A DNA stretch of 32,766 bases from Trypethelium eluteriae (lineage: Eukaryota). Of the stretch, positions 21,791 through 32,766 are shown one piece after another. Under the pieces are notes generated by a model. That model searched no databases, was not told where the DNA came from, and saw only the letters and a list, made by a program, of their open reading frames with translations. Each line of letters begins with the position of its first letter. Position 1 is the first letter of the stretch. The stretch lies in NCBI GenBank assembly GCA_051942245.1, contig JAVECL010000252.1:1-32766 (forward strand). The letters are read 5' to 3'. The translations under genes and the position numbers were made by a program.

Positions 21791-22114
21791 TTGAGTTCTA
21801 GCTGCCTGGTTATCGTACCATAAAGCAACCCGGAAGGACCAGCGTGGAAAAACAACAACGCGTGTAGACAGTCTGAGTACCCTGTAGAAACGCGTTTACT
21901 GGGGACTCGCATGGGTGCGCGGGGCGGGCCGCGGGGTCACGCATTCGGAGCGGCGGCGTTACCTAGACACGCTAATTAGAGTATGACGAAGGTCACCGAT
22001 TTCTATCAACGAGACCAAAAGAGTGATGTTTACCCAGCTTTCGGTGAAAGGGTACTCCACAGGCTAAGTGAACGTCTGAAGGACCTTTTCACCACTCCAA
22101 GTACTACGAGCGCG

Positions 22115-25100
22115 ATGGGACCTAGGCGTAAGAAGTCGAAACCTAACGGTCAGGCTACAGCCGCCCAGACTAGCGATGACACGAATGGACCTAGCAATCC
22201 GAGTTCCACTACCTTCACAATGGACGACGGGTCCAAGGCTTCTATTAAGAGTGTAGAAGTGCCGCTACCATCGAAATCAACGCGTCAAGAATCCGGAAAT
22301 ATCATGAAAAACGGTAGAGAAGGAACGAACTCTCGCAAGAGCTGGTACGGAGCCAGCTGGAAGGCCAAATCTCCTGCACTTGCCGAAATAACGAGAGATG
22401 GAATCGATACAGTAAATAGGAGCTCCTCAAGCTTATCCCAAGAGCCATTTAAGGAGAAGGAGGGCGCGGAAAGTCCGGCCACAAAGTACATAGAGAAGCG
22501 TCTAGGGACACCAAGGAAGAGCGTGCCCAGCGTACCGACCGAAAGCTTCATAAATGCTGAACGAAGTTTGAGCAAGAGCAACGGCACTGAGGAAGAAGTC
22601 GACAGTAGGAAATCGAAGGAGAGAGAGCCCCCAGCCCCATTACCTCCAGCTTCCCCACAAGTCAATGGCTCGGCCAAGGGTGACAAGAATAGTATATCTG
22701 GACGGCCAGCAAAAGCGTCAACAGAGAAAAATCGGCCTGTCTCGGGCTGGCTAGGATGGTGGTCAAGACCAGATGGTTACGGTAGTGATGCGGACAAAGC
22801 GGCAGATACTTCAAACACGAACGAAGCAGTCTCCGCGGAAGCGCAAGAAGTACCATTACCCGAGTCCCCTGCACAAGAAAGAAGAAAGGATTTGCAGGAT
22901 ATGAGGTCAAAGAATACCGAGACGCCACACGGCATTGACTCTCTTCAGTCGAATGAGGTCAAAGCTGAGCCTGAGAGCATCCACTCAGACTCCGGGCCAG
23001 GCTCAGAGGCAAATGCGTCAGCTTCAAATAGATCGTGGTTCGGTTTGTGGAGCAAGGCAGAGAATCAGAAGGGCAGTCCATCGCCAAAAGAGAGTGACAA
23101 ACTACAAGCGACCACAGAATCAAGTCCACCAGCAGAAGAAGATGTAATAGGAGAGAGAGCACACGAGCCAAAGGAGAAAGACACCCCTCAAGAGCCTCCA
23201 AAGTCGGGCCCAAAATCGTCAGCATGGGCTTTCTGGTCTAAGGATAAGCCGAAGGATGACGGAAAAGCTACACCAGGTGGCACTCAAAAACAGGTTGGCG
23301 AAATAGCTGTCGCTGATACACCTTCACAATCTCGTCCCGAAGCTGCACAATACAACGAGCAAAAAACGCCGTCTATCAAAAAACATGTCTCAAAACCGAA
23401 CAACCGAAAAGCCAAGAAGCAAGTATCTCCAATCGAATCCTCAAAATTGGCCGTTAGTTCCGGACTCAAGCCATCCGAAGCATCAAAATCCGTAGATCAG
23501 CTTATTCCAAGTCCTGGCCTCAGGAAATCGGATTCATCGAAATCAGCCGACCAAATTTCTCAACTAGCATCAGAAGAATCGAACACCGCTACTCCGGCAA
23601 CATCGAAGCTTGCAGTTGCAAAGCCGGAGAAGTCCACTCAGAAACGCCCACGTGACGACAAAGCTGCGACACCACCAAATCTCCTCCTCCCTTCCCTTCG
23701 CACAACCTACCCTATTTATCAATCACCCTCTTACTGGGACCAAATCCGTCGGTTCATCTTTCTGGACTCCTCTCGTGATTCCAATTCACCTCGTCACGTT
23801 GATTTGCTGCCCCCGAGGGAGCTTCCGAAGATCAAGAAAGCCCTCGCAATCGGCATACATGGATTCTTCCCTGCTCAGTTCGTTCAGCTGATTCTAGGCC
23901 AACCGACGGGAACTTCGATTCGCTTCGCTAACGCCGCCGCTGATGCGATCAAGCGCTGGGCGGAAGAGCATCAGCCTTCAGATGCCCCTCCTGCTTCTCC
24001 TGGTGGTAGCATGCGCAGGGATAGCTTGAAACCCTCACGTAGTCCCTTAGCTGATATTGAGATTGAAAAGGTTGCTCTTGAGGGTGAAGGTATGGTCGCT
24101 GATCGCGTTGATACGCTGTGGAAGCTGCTTCTTAATTGGCTCCCTTCGATCCGCGACGCAGACTTCATCATCATTGCCGCGCATTCTCAGGGGGTACCTG
24201 TTGCCATTCAATTAGTAGCCAAGCTCCTGCAATTTGGGTGTGTGCGGGAAGGAGCACGAATTGGAATGTGCGCAATGGCGGGCATAAATATGGGCCCTTT
24301 CGCGGAATTGAAAAGTCGATTCCTAGGCGGAAGCGCAGTCGAGCTCTTTGAGTTTGGAGCGGGAGATAGTCAGGTGAGGAAGGACTACGAGACTGCGTTG
24401 GCGTACTGTTTGAGTAAAGGGGTCAGAATTTCATTCATTGGCAGCCTTGATGACCAGCTCGTCAGCCTAGAGGTAAGCAAGATACTGCCGCCATTTCAAA
24501 TTTCTCTCTCTAATCACCTCGTCCTATTAAATCCCAAAAAAACCAATGTGCTTATCTGTGCTCTAGTCTTCAACCTTTACCCCGATAACCCACCCACTCA
24601 TCCACCGGGCAGTCTTCGTCAACTCAGCACTACACTCCACTTCTACAACCTCTTCTTCCGCCTTCCTCCCTCATCTCGTCGGCTTCGCCCTCAAACTCCG
24701 TAATCTTGGCATATCCGATCATGGCCTCATACGTGAACTTTCCGGTCCCCTCGCAGGCAGCCTCTACACTGGCGATGGTCACTCGCGCCTTTACGATGAC
24801 AGTGTCGTATTTCATCGGGCCGTTGAATTCGCGCTCGAAACTACTGGAACTGAAGGGATGGCAAGAAATGGAGAAGTTGGAATCGAGGTGGATACATCAG
24901 CAATAAGGCCGGGGTCAAGTAATGCCGGCAATGAAGTGATGAAAGAGTCGGCGGGAGCAAATCCTTATTATCTCCCTTGGGCGTTGAGAGGGGTTCTGGA
25001 AGAACCGTATGTGAAGGAACATTTACAAGGCGAGGTGAAAGAGCTAGTAGAGATGTTTGAGAAGTGGAAGCCTGTGAGTAAGATTTTGAAGGATGTGAAA

Positions 25101-25136
25101 TTTCGGCTGGAGGCAGTAAGGAGTAAGCTTTCATAG
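22115..25136 (+). CDS. Conserved fungal YML020W-like protein (long disordered N-terminus plus alpha/beta-hydrolase-like domain); one intron 24473-24566
   Basis: MGPRRKKSKP start (upstream ATG 21983 possible). Motifs IKKALAIGIHGFFP, LGQPTGTSIRFA, ALEGEG, AHSQGVPV and DDQLVSLE|SSTF. After splicing: KLRNLGISDHGLIRELSGPLAGSLYTGDGHS and NPYYLPWALRG, ending KFRLEAVRSKLS. Confidence 0.88.
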
Positions 25137-25681
25137 TTTTCGTTTTTCCAGTCTTGATGGTATGGGAGCCTGGTGCTGGTTAGCGTGTGAGAGACATGGT
25201 AAGACTTCTTAGGTACTACTGCGGGCGAATTCGGCCAAGGTAGGCGCACCATGCTGTACAGAGCGGGACGGTTTAGAACAGGGACTTAGACCATGCGCGT
25301 TTACGAAGTCTTCAAGGCGCAAAGGGCGTTCGCCTAGACTGAGCAGTAAGAGGAATGGAATGAAATGCAGGGATCCATGTTTGTCGGATTTATGGGATAA
25401 GAGAAGACAGGTCTTTTAAAGACATTTAGACAGCCATGTCAAATTAATATGTTCATAATAGATCCATTTGAACGCGATGATGAACCCATATCAAGTTCGT
25501 GGCTATGTACACCAATTATCTATCCAGTCATACTGTTACATACCCAGACACCAATGCTATGCAAGAAGCCTAAGCCTTGCTACTTCTCCTACAGCAGCTG
25601 GCCATATCTACGCGATTATATGCCAGAACCCCGAAGATGCGAGATGAGTAAGAAAATCGTAAAGCGGGATTATTCGATCCA

Positions 25682-26836
25682 TCATCCACTTCCTTCGGGA
25701 TCGGGTTTCGATAGCGACGGCCACCCGTCGTCCCCATATACCAGCGTATTCCAACCCAACAACGCATGTTTATCCTGCAAGTCCCCGTTCCGATCCATAT
25801 AATGATAGTAGAAGATGTCGGATCCGTCCGGCGCGGTCAACACGCCTGGCCCTCCCGGCGCAAACACGTTTCCATGGCTCGCCAGAAACGTCGTGCCACC
25901 CCCCTGTAGTAGATCCGTGCCGTTCTTGTCGACGAATGGTCCTGTTAGTGTCTCGCTGCGCCCGATCCTTATTTGATAGACGTCAGCTGGGGGAATAGTG
26001 TTGACGACCTTGGCCAGCCCGCAGCAGGCGCCGTGGGCATAGTAGACGTAGTAGTAAGGAGCGTGATAGGCAAGAGCGGATCCCTCGATTGGGTGGGCAC
26101 CGAGGTGGAAGCTTCCGTTTTTGATGGCCGTTGCGCCGTTATACACGATGTGGGAATTGGAGAAGGGAGGGGTGGGGTCTTTGAGAGAGCGGAGGTCGGA
26201 GGAGAGGGGAAGTTGAAAGATGCCGTCCCAGTAGGAGCCATACTGTAGGATTGGGGTGCCAGACTTGGGATCGATGAGGACTGAGGCGTCGATTGCGTTG
26301 GTGACATTGAAGGGGTATTGGTCGGAATTCGGGCCTTCGCCGGTGTAGATTATGGCGCCATAGTCGATCCAGGTGTCTGGGGCGTCCAGGTTCACGGAGG
26401 CAGCGACACCGATGGTCGATTTGCGGGTCGAGGGAATTGTGGTGGCGTAGAAGACGTAGTAGGTACCGTTCTTTTCGACAACAGCAGGAGCCCAGGGTTT
26501 TTTGAACTGCTCATTGGCTTCATGGGTTTTGCTACCATTGGGGAGGACTTGGCCAACCATGTTCCAAGGCCCATTCATCGAAGAACCATGAGATTTGTAG
26601 TATGGGACCCCTGGTCCTATGTCTGCTCCTCCGAAGGCATAAAAGTGGCCGTTGGAATAGATTGCGGCCGGATCGTGAACGAGGAGATTAGATGCACTGC
26701 GAGGCTCTGGTAAGGATCTTGTATTGAGAGATGCGGAAGAAGACGATGACCCTGCAGGTACCGAGGCTCCTGGAACGCCAAACAAGGAAAGGAGAAATAG
26801 AGCTAGAACTTGGAAAAGTGTGAAAGAAAAAGACAT
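25682..26836 (-). CDS. Secreted GH43 endo-1,5-alpha-L-arabinanase; intronless
   Basis: Signal peptide MSFSFTLFQVLALFLLSLFG. Catalytic-residue motifs VHDP, NAID and IEGS, plus WAPAV, YGSYWDGIFQ, HGACC, GPFVDKNG and LASHGNVFAPGG. Confidence 0.92.
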   Translation of the reverse strand: MSFSFTLFQVLALFLLSLFGVPGASVPAGSSSSSASLNTRSLPEPRSASNLLVHDPAAIYSNGHFYAFGGADIGPGVPYYKSHGSSMNGPWNMVGQVLPNGSKTHEANEQFKKPWAPAVVEKNGTYYVFYATTIPSTRKSTIGVAASVNLDAPDTWIDYGAIIYTGEGPNSDQYPFNVTNAIDASVLIDPKSGTPILQYGSYWDGIFQLPLSSDLRSLKDPTPPFSNSHIVYNGATAIKNGSFHLGAHPIEGSALAYHAPYYYVYYAHGACCGLAKVVNTIPPADVYQIRIGRSETLTGPFVDKNGTDLLQGGGTTFLASHGNVFAPGGPGVLTAPDGSDIFYYHYMDRNGDLQDKHALLGWNTLVYGDDGWPSLSKPDPEGSG

Positions 26837-27693
26837 CTTCCTGGAACCAGAATAGTGAAGAGGGTAAGTGCAGAACAAGTGCTGCAGGAGCGACTATCCT
26901 CTTGAGGTGAAATTAACGAAGTGGCTGAATTACGAGATGGGATTTTTAGCGACTAGAAATATTCCTAGATCACTTCAGGAAGTGGACTAGCATCTACGAT
27001 ATAAAGACTTTGACGTAGTGGAGAAAAAGCATCTCCTCAACCACGAAGTCCATCGACCAGCGATGCTTCCTGGGTGGTTATGATAAGAAGAGGTGACTGA
27101 GGAAGACCAATTCTTTTGTCATGCTGACTGCAATGTAAAATCTATGAAAGGAATACGTTGTGGGTCTTTGAGAGCAACAAAAGAACAGAAAGACAAGGTA
27201 AGGATTTCGGTGGCTCCGATGGCGTCCACGTCTCCTCAAGACTGCACTAGAACAAGGCGCGACAGGGTAGAATGTAAAATATAACAAGTACTTACGGTGG
27301 CGTTGTTTGAACTCGAGTAATGACGACTACTATCGCGGTCACTGTGAAAGCGTAAGCGCCACACGTTGGTTGCAAAAATTGGGAGTCTTACCAAAGACGA
27401 TAAGTAGCGCGGTCAGGAAGATGCCATCGCGGTTCAGCCATCGTCGCGACCCTTTTTTGGGAGGAGGGTCCTTGCCATTGATAGGGCCCGGTTCTAGTTC
27501 GTGCTTCTTGGAAAGGGAGCGAAGACTCGAAGGCAGGCTTAAATTTGACATCTGCGGACGGGATAGAGGGTTGTAGTAAGATGGAGGTTGGGTTAGAACG
27601 TTAGAACATCTCTCAGGGTCCAGAAGTAAAGGAGATGTTGGTTGCCTGCCCAAAAGGTCGGCGGGCCAGCGGCACCAAGCTTCGGGTAGTTGA

Positions 27694-27721
27694 CAATCAT
27701 TTGCCAATCATTTGCCAATCA
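27694..27721. repeat. Tandem 11-bp repeat (CAATCATTTGC)x2.5 giving closely spaced CCAAT boxes in the GH43/P1 divergent intergenic region
   Basis: caatcatttgccaatcatttgccaatca read directly from the sequence. Confidence 0.6.
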
Positions 27722-28294
27722 ACCGTCGCCTCCCGTTTCTAAGTTGAGACGCCTAGCCCGGTTATACTGGGTCCCGCAGGAGTCCAACGCAAACTCGGTT
27801 AGAGACTGGGTCTGGTTCCATCTCCTGCGTCGCATCACTTGAAGCTAGGCTAAAAACACTACTTAGGGTGCTGGGTATTTCTCCGAACTCAGGGTCCGTG
27901 GTGCGGTTTGCTGCTCCACATTGCGGTGTTACCTACGATACAGTGTTTACTCAGTGCTATGAGACTTTCTCGATTTCCGCACGATAATTCACCAACAAAG
28001 GTGAATGTAGCTGCTGTGCCACGGCTTCCCTGTGAGCTTATCGTGATGACTCAATGTCTGGTCCCACCGTACCGCCAAATTAGTAGGTAAGTTATGTAGT
28101 CATACTCCAAGAGTCACATTGGGAAGCAGCGACCGTGAGCATTCATGGACTCGACATAAAAGCCTTCTCATACAATTCTTCTGGACCAAAGCAAAATATT
28201 TCTCTATTAGCTGTCAAGCTTCCACTACAAGGGAATATACCGCTAATCCGCATTGATCCATCGGACACAAATTTCCAGCACCAATTCGACAACG

Positions 28295-28657
28295 ATGTCT
28301 GCTCAGAACAAAGCCGAAGCCGCCGTCTCCTACGCCGCTCTCATCCTTGCAGATGCTCAAGTCGGCATTACTGCTGAAAAGCTCCAGACCCTTCTAAAGG
28401 CCGCCAATGTCGACGATGTCGAGCCCATTTGGACCACCTTATTTGCTAAGGCGCTTGATGGCAAGGATGTCAAGAACCTGCTGATCAACATCAGCGCTAC
28501 TGGTCCTGCGCATTCGCAAGAGGTCGCTGGAGGTCATCAAGCTCTCGGGCCCGGCGATACTGCTTCAACCGATAATACTCAGGGTGACGAAAAGGATACC
28601 AAACCCAAGGATGACGAGTCCGACGAAGAGATGGGCTTTGGTGATCTCTTCGGTTGA
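28295..28657 (+). CDS. 60S acidic ribosomal stalk protein P1-like, divergent intronless paralogue
   Basis: [54 protein letters not shown] is the P1 N-terminal domain. The acidic tail ends [13 protein letters not shown]. Confidence 0.9.
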   Translation: MSAQNKAEAAVSYAALILADAQVGITAEKLQTLLKAANVDDVEPIWTTLFAKALDGKDVKNLLINISATGPAHSQEVAGGHQALGPGDTASTDNTQGDEKDTKPKDDESDEEMGFGDLFG

Positions 28658-29390
28658 AAATCACATTACCCACGGCCTACACCTGACTTGCTCCGCCGAA
28701 TTCCGACTCTTCGGCATTTTCGTATAACATTCATGTAAGACAAATGAATCAGGGCATTATCCACTTGACGCTGGAGCTGGAATAGGCTTCATCTATCGCT
28801 TAGAGCCTTGGTATTCATGACCTATCCTCATGGCCCATCCTCAAGGCCGAGGATCACGACAAGATTCTTCTTCCAACTTTTGACTGGCCAAAGCTTTCCA
28901 GCGATCGATTACCCTGCACAAGAAACTGAAGCCCAGAACAGGTTCTTTGTAACATGCCTCACCGATCGTCAGATGAGATTCAACTGAGCAGATATGCGGA
29001 AGCGTTGGATGGAGATGTAGCGTTGTTTATTTAATCTATGCTCAAATTCGTGGTAAATCTTGCGAGGCTCCTTGCTTGGGCCCATGGGTGGATGTTCTGG
29101 GCTTTTCAGATCTTCGGGGTTAGAAGCTCGACACAACAGTCCAGTGCTTTTTCCAGATAATCATGTAGCCTTCAAAGAATTACCTTATTATCGTATCTGA
29201 ATTTTAAGAGTCACAGTGCCATTAGCGAAGATAGCGAATTACTTCTTGAGCCTATCTATAAGCATCTTAGCTTAGTCATGCGCGAAAAACACGCCACTCA
29301 AGGATTTGCGGCTTGATCGCCCGAGATTGCTACAACTCCTTGCCTACCATCATCCATCTCCTTGCGACTCTCTAAGAGGCCATTCCAACC

Positions 29391-31241
29391 ATGGGGAAAG
29401 GTAACGCTTCCTCTCACAACACATCTTCGCTGAGCTAACAATGTTTTCGTAGGTACCGATAAACTGTACGTATGTCTTCATCCCCCAGCTCCCCATTTCT
29501 CGATCCCTTCCAACACCAACGCCATTGCGTATTAGCTCATGAATATTCATAGATCACCCATGCCGAATGGTCATCCGAGGATCAGTTCTCAGCATCAGCG
29601 GGCTCGAACGTCCGCCATGCGAATGTCGATGCGGCAGGCTTCAAGCGCCTTCCCTTTAACTTCTGCGCACTTTCTTTACAGCCCTTCAAACAGCCAGTCT
29701 GTACCATTAATGGTACCATCTTCGATTACGAGAACATATTGTCTTGGCTGAAAGACAAAGGAACCAACCCAGTGGATGGACAATCGCTCAAGACATCTGA
29801 CCTCATTAAACTGAACTTCGCGAAAAACGATGATGGAGAGGTGGTCGATCCGGTGACCTACAAAGTCTTGACGGATAATACCCATATCACTGCCATACGG
29901 CATGGCGATTGTGCTAACGCATTTGCGCATGATACGATTGAACGACTCAATGTCAAAGCAAAGAACTGGCGAGATTTGGTGTCTGACCAGGAGTTCAGTC
30001 GCAAAGACCTCATCACGCTCCAAGATCCGCAAAATGTAGCGTCCAGAAATCTAAGTACATTCAGCCACATCAAGGAAAAAGACAATGGAAACAGTCACGG
30101 AGATCGGCCTGGGAATAGCAACCCGAATACCATTGACCGTTCAGCCAAGATCATAAAAGCCAAAGAGGCCATCGCACGCTCACGAGCAGAACGAGAAAAA
30201 GCCAACAGTAGCCAGACACGTCCTACCCAGCAAAAATCTCTTGTCTCCCGGAGCATCACTTCAACCTTAAGCCTTTCCCCATCCACCAAGAAAACTCCCT
30301 ACAACGCCGCTCGCCACACGACCGGACAAGCCGCTGCCTCCTTCACCTCTACTGGTCTAACCCCGCACACCTCTGGCGAGCGTGCCCTCCTCTCCGACGA
30401 AGAATACATGCTCCAACCCCGACGCGTCAAACACAAAGGCTATGCCACGCTACGCACTACGCAGGGCGACCTCAACGTCGAGCTCTCCCCGGAATTTGCG
30501 CCCAAAGCAGTGTGGAACTTCACGCGACTGGCGCAGCAGGGCTACTACCGCGACCTGGCGTTCCATCGCAACATCCGCAACTTCATGATCCAGGGCGGCG
30601 ACCCGAGCGGGACTGGCCGGGGTGGCGAGAGCGTGTGGGGGAAGACGTTTGCGGATGAGATCGAGGGCCCGATGACGTTTGCTGAGCGGGGCGTGCTGGC
30701 AATGGCGAACAAGGGGAAGAATACGAATTCGTCGCAGTTTTTCCTCACGTATCGCGCGGCGAAGCATCTGGATCGGAAGCATACTATCTTTGGGAAGGTG
30801 ATTGATTCGGAGGGGGTGAAGAGTGGAGAGACGTTGAAGAGGCTAGAGGGAGTGGAGACGGACGACAAGGATCGGCCCGTTGAGGAATGTATTTTGAAGG
30901 ATGTGATGGTATTCGTGGATCCATTCGAGGAGTTTTTGAAGGAGAGGAGTGAGAAGGAGAAGGAAGAAATGAGGCTGGAGGAAGTAAGAAGACAGGGAGG
31001 CGCAGAGGATGAGAGAACCACGTGGACGGGGAAGCGCTTGCGGCAGGATGGAACGGTGCAAGAAGGATCGGAGGGTGGAGGAGGTGTAGGAAAGTACTTG
31101 CAGGCAGCGTTGGCGCAGAGAGGGCCAAATGATGGGGATGAGGAAGAGATTGTGGAGGAGATTGTCGAATGGGATGAGCCAGTGGAACCTGTCAAGAAGA
31201 AATCGAAGACTGGAGGGTTTGGAAATTTCGATGGCTGGTGA
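29391..31241 (+). CDS. cyp8: U-box cyclophilin, peptidyl-prolyl isomerase-like 2 (PPIL2/Cyp8); exons 29391-29400, 29453-29469, 29553-31241
   Basis: Spliced start MGK|GTDKLY|ITHAEW, U-box FKRLPFNFCALSLQPF...GTNPVDG, and cyclophilin motifs FHRNIRNFMIQGGDPSGTGRGG, MANKGKNTNSSQFF, HLDRKHTIFG. Confidence 0.95.
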
Positions 31242-31638
31242 AGTAGTCTACCAATGGATCTGGCAATAATGAAGCAGTAGAGAGCGTTGATTGTAATAGT
31301 ATCATGCACTAGAAATTCGGCGACAGCCCACTGAGGCAAGCATCGTCAGCATAATTCTCGCAATTTTCTCTGGAAGATGTCTCTGTATTGCAAAACAAAT
31401 TGCTGGGACAAATCTTAATTCTCGAAAAGCTCGGGTTAGGCCGAGCCGAGCTACCAAATCCAACGCATCAGGGTGTTGCCATTCAAGCTTATCGATAAGA
31501 ACATTTTGTATTGGTACCGCCTCAAATATCTCTACGTACCAGACTAGTTTGACACCTATCCTCCGGACCATATATCCACCTCTCTCAAGCCGAATTCAAG
31601 CTTTGTTGTACCCATTTCCCTCCACTGTCCCGATCAAG

Positions 31639-32766
31639 ATGCCTCCGAAGCGCATGACTGCTAATCCAATCAAACCCGCACGGTATCGTCCTGGCAAACC
31701 TGCTGCCGAAGAAGCCTCCTCATCCGAAGACGAGGAGTCAGAGGAGGAAGAAGAAGAGACCTCCAAACCAGTCTCTGTTCCAAAACCAGCACCACCTAAA
31801 GCGACGTCATTCAAAGCGCCCAGCGCAGACCTTGCCGAACGAAAACGAGCCGCAACAGCTGCAGAGGCCGAACGTCGCAAAGCCGCCGAAGCAGCTCGAA
31901 AGGCCGAAGAGGAGGGTTTCGTCACAGAATCTGAGAGCGGCTCAGCATCGGAAGATGAAGGGTCTGGCTCAGGCGCGTCGTCTTCCGAGGAAGACTCCTC
32001 CAGCAGCGAAGACGACGCCACCGCCCGACGCAAGATGCTCCGCCCCGTCTTCAAGAAAAAGGGCGAGCGCAAGCAATCCTCCACCGACCGCGCCACCGGC
32101 AGCACCCCCATACTCGCAGGCGGAGACTCCCGAACCTCGGCCGTCCCCGCCGACGACGCGGAAACGACAAAAGAACGGCACAAGAAGCAAGACGCGCTCA
32201 TCCAGTCGCAGCTGGAGCAGCGCGCCGCGGAGTCAGCCGCCGGCCGCCGGCAATGGGACGACGACGACATCGCGGCGGGCCTCGACGCACTCGACGTCGA
32301 CGACACGGACGACGTCGACCCCGCGGCCGAGTACCTGGAGTGGAAGGTGCGGGAGCTGCGGCGGGCGAAGCGGGCGCGAGAGAAGGTGGAGGCAGCGGAG
32401 CGCGAGCGGGAGGAGGTGGAGCGGCGGCGGAATCTGAGCGAGGCGGAGCGCGAAGCCGAGGATCGGGAGCGCGAAGAGAGGATTCGGGAGGAGAGGGAGC
32501 AGGAGAGGGAGGGGCGGCAGAGGGCGAATGATGAGAAGGGGGGGTTCATGCAGCGGTATCATCATAAGGGCGCGTTTTATCGGGAGGAGGCGGAGGAGTT
32601 GGGGATTGCGAGGAGGGATCTCATGGGGGCGAAGTTTGAGGATGAGGCTAGGGGGAAGGATGCCCTGCCGCAGTATCTGCAGATTCGGGATGCGACGAAG
32701 ATTGGGAAGAAGGGGAGGACGAGGTATAAGGATATGAGGAGTGAGGACACGGGGCGGTGGGGGGAC
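31639..32766 (+). CDS. Microfibrillar-associated protein 1 (MFAP1) spliceosomal homologue, 3'-truncated by the window
   Basis: MPPKRMTANPIKPARYRPGK, acidic tracts, LRPVFKKK, VDDTDDVDPAAEYLEWKVRELRR, FMQRYHHKGAFY and LPQYLQIRD..KIGKKGRTRYKDMRSEDTGRWG. There is no stop before the window end, so it is absent from the ORF track. Confidence 0.92.
   Translation, partial: MPPKRMTANPIKPARYRPGKPAAEEASSSEDEESEEEEEETSKPVSVPKPAPPKATSFKAPSADLAERKRAATAAEAERRKAAEAARKAEEEGFVTESESGSASEDEGSGSGASSSEEDSSSSEDDATARRKMLRPVFKKKGERKQSSTDRATGSTPILAGGDSRTSAVPADDAETTKERHKKQDALIQSQLEQRAAESAAGRRQWDDDDIAAGLDALDVDDTDDVDPAAEYLEWKVRELRRAKRAREKVEAAEREREEVERRRNLSEAEREAEDREREERIREEREQEREGRQRANDEKGGFMQRYHHKGAFYREEAEELGIARRDLMGAKFEDEARGKDALPQYLQIRDATKIGKKGRTRYKDMRSEDTGRWGD

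Noticed and set aside
26883..27296. Possible long 5' UTR intron of the GH43 gene (minus-strand GTAAGT near 27296)
   Set aside because: The branch point is weak and a TATA-like element near 27000 suggests a nearer transcription start.
27860..27970. GGGTGC...TGAGA resembling the start of a TPP riboswitch
   Set aside because: It lacks the downstream TGAT...TAAT...GCG core and there is no thiamine-related gene nearby.
31596..32549. 317-aa minus-strand ORF, and likewise 30545-31339, 10689-11324 and 5935-6318
   Set aside because: These are antisense shadows of well-supported genes (MFAP1, cyp8, laccase, SPB1) with low-complexity translations.

Overview
Eukaryotic DNA from a filamentous ascomycete (Pezizomycotina), judged by short GT-AG introns with CTRAC branch points and RIP-type transposon decay. 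Bases 1-2240 are an AT-rich, RIP-degraded nest of three transposon layers: a hAT DNA transposon interrupted by a Ty3/gypsy element (5' LTR plus gag), itself interrupted by a less-mutated inverted copy of the same LTR. The remainder is gene-dense. It carries an SCP2-type thiolase, RPA3 and SPB1, then an accessory-looking block (kinase-like protein, laccase-like multicopper oxidase, 3-beta-HSD/Erg26-like SDR, PTH11-like membrane protein, P450, F-box protein), then a YML020W-like hydrolase-fold protein, a GH43 arabinanase, an intronless divergent ribosomal P1 paralogue, a U-box cyclophilin (PPIL2) and MFAP1 (cut by the window end). The most notable oddities are a Gln at the T1-copper axial position of the laccase, the altered C-terminal motif of the P1 paralogue, an HDCF->YDCF change in the thiolase and a premature stop in the F-box gene. 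All family calls come from motif recognition by eye; no database searches were run.
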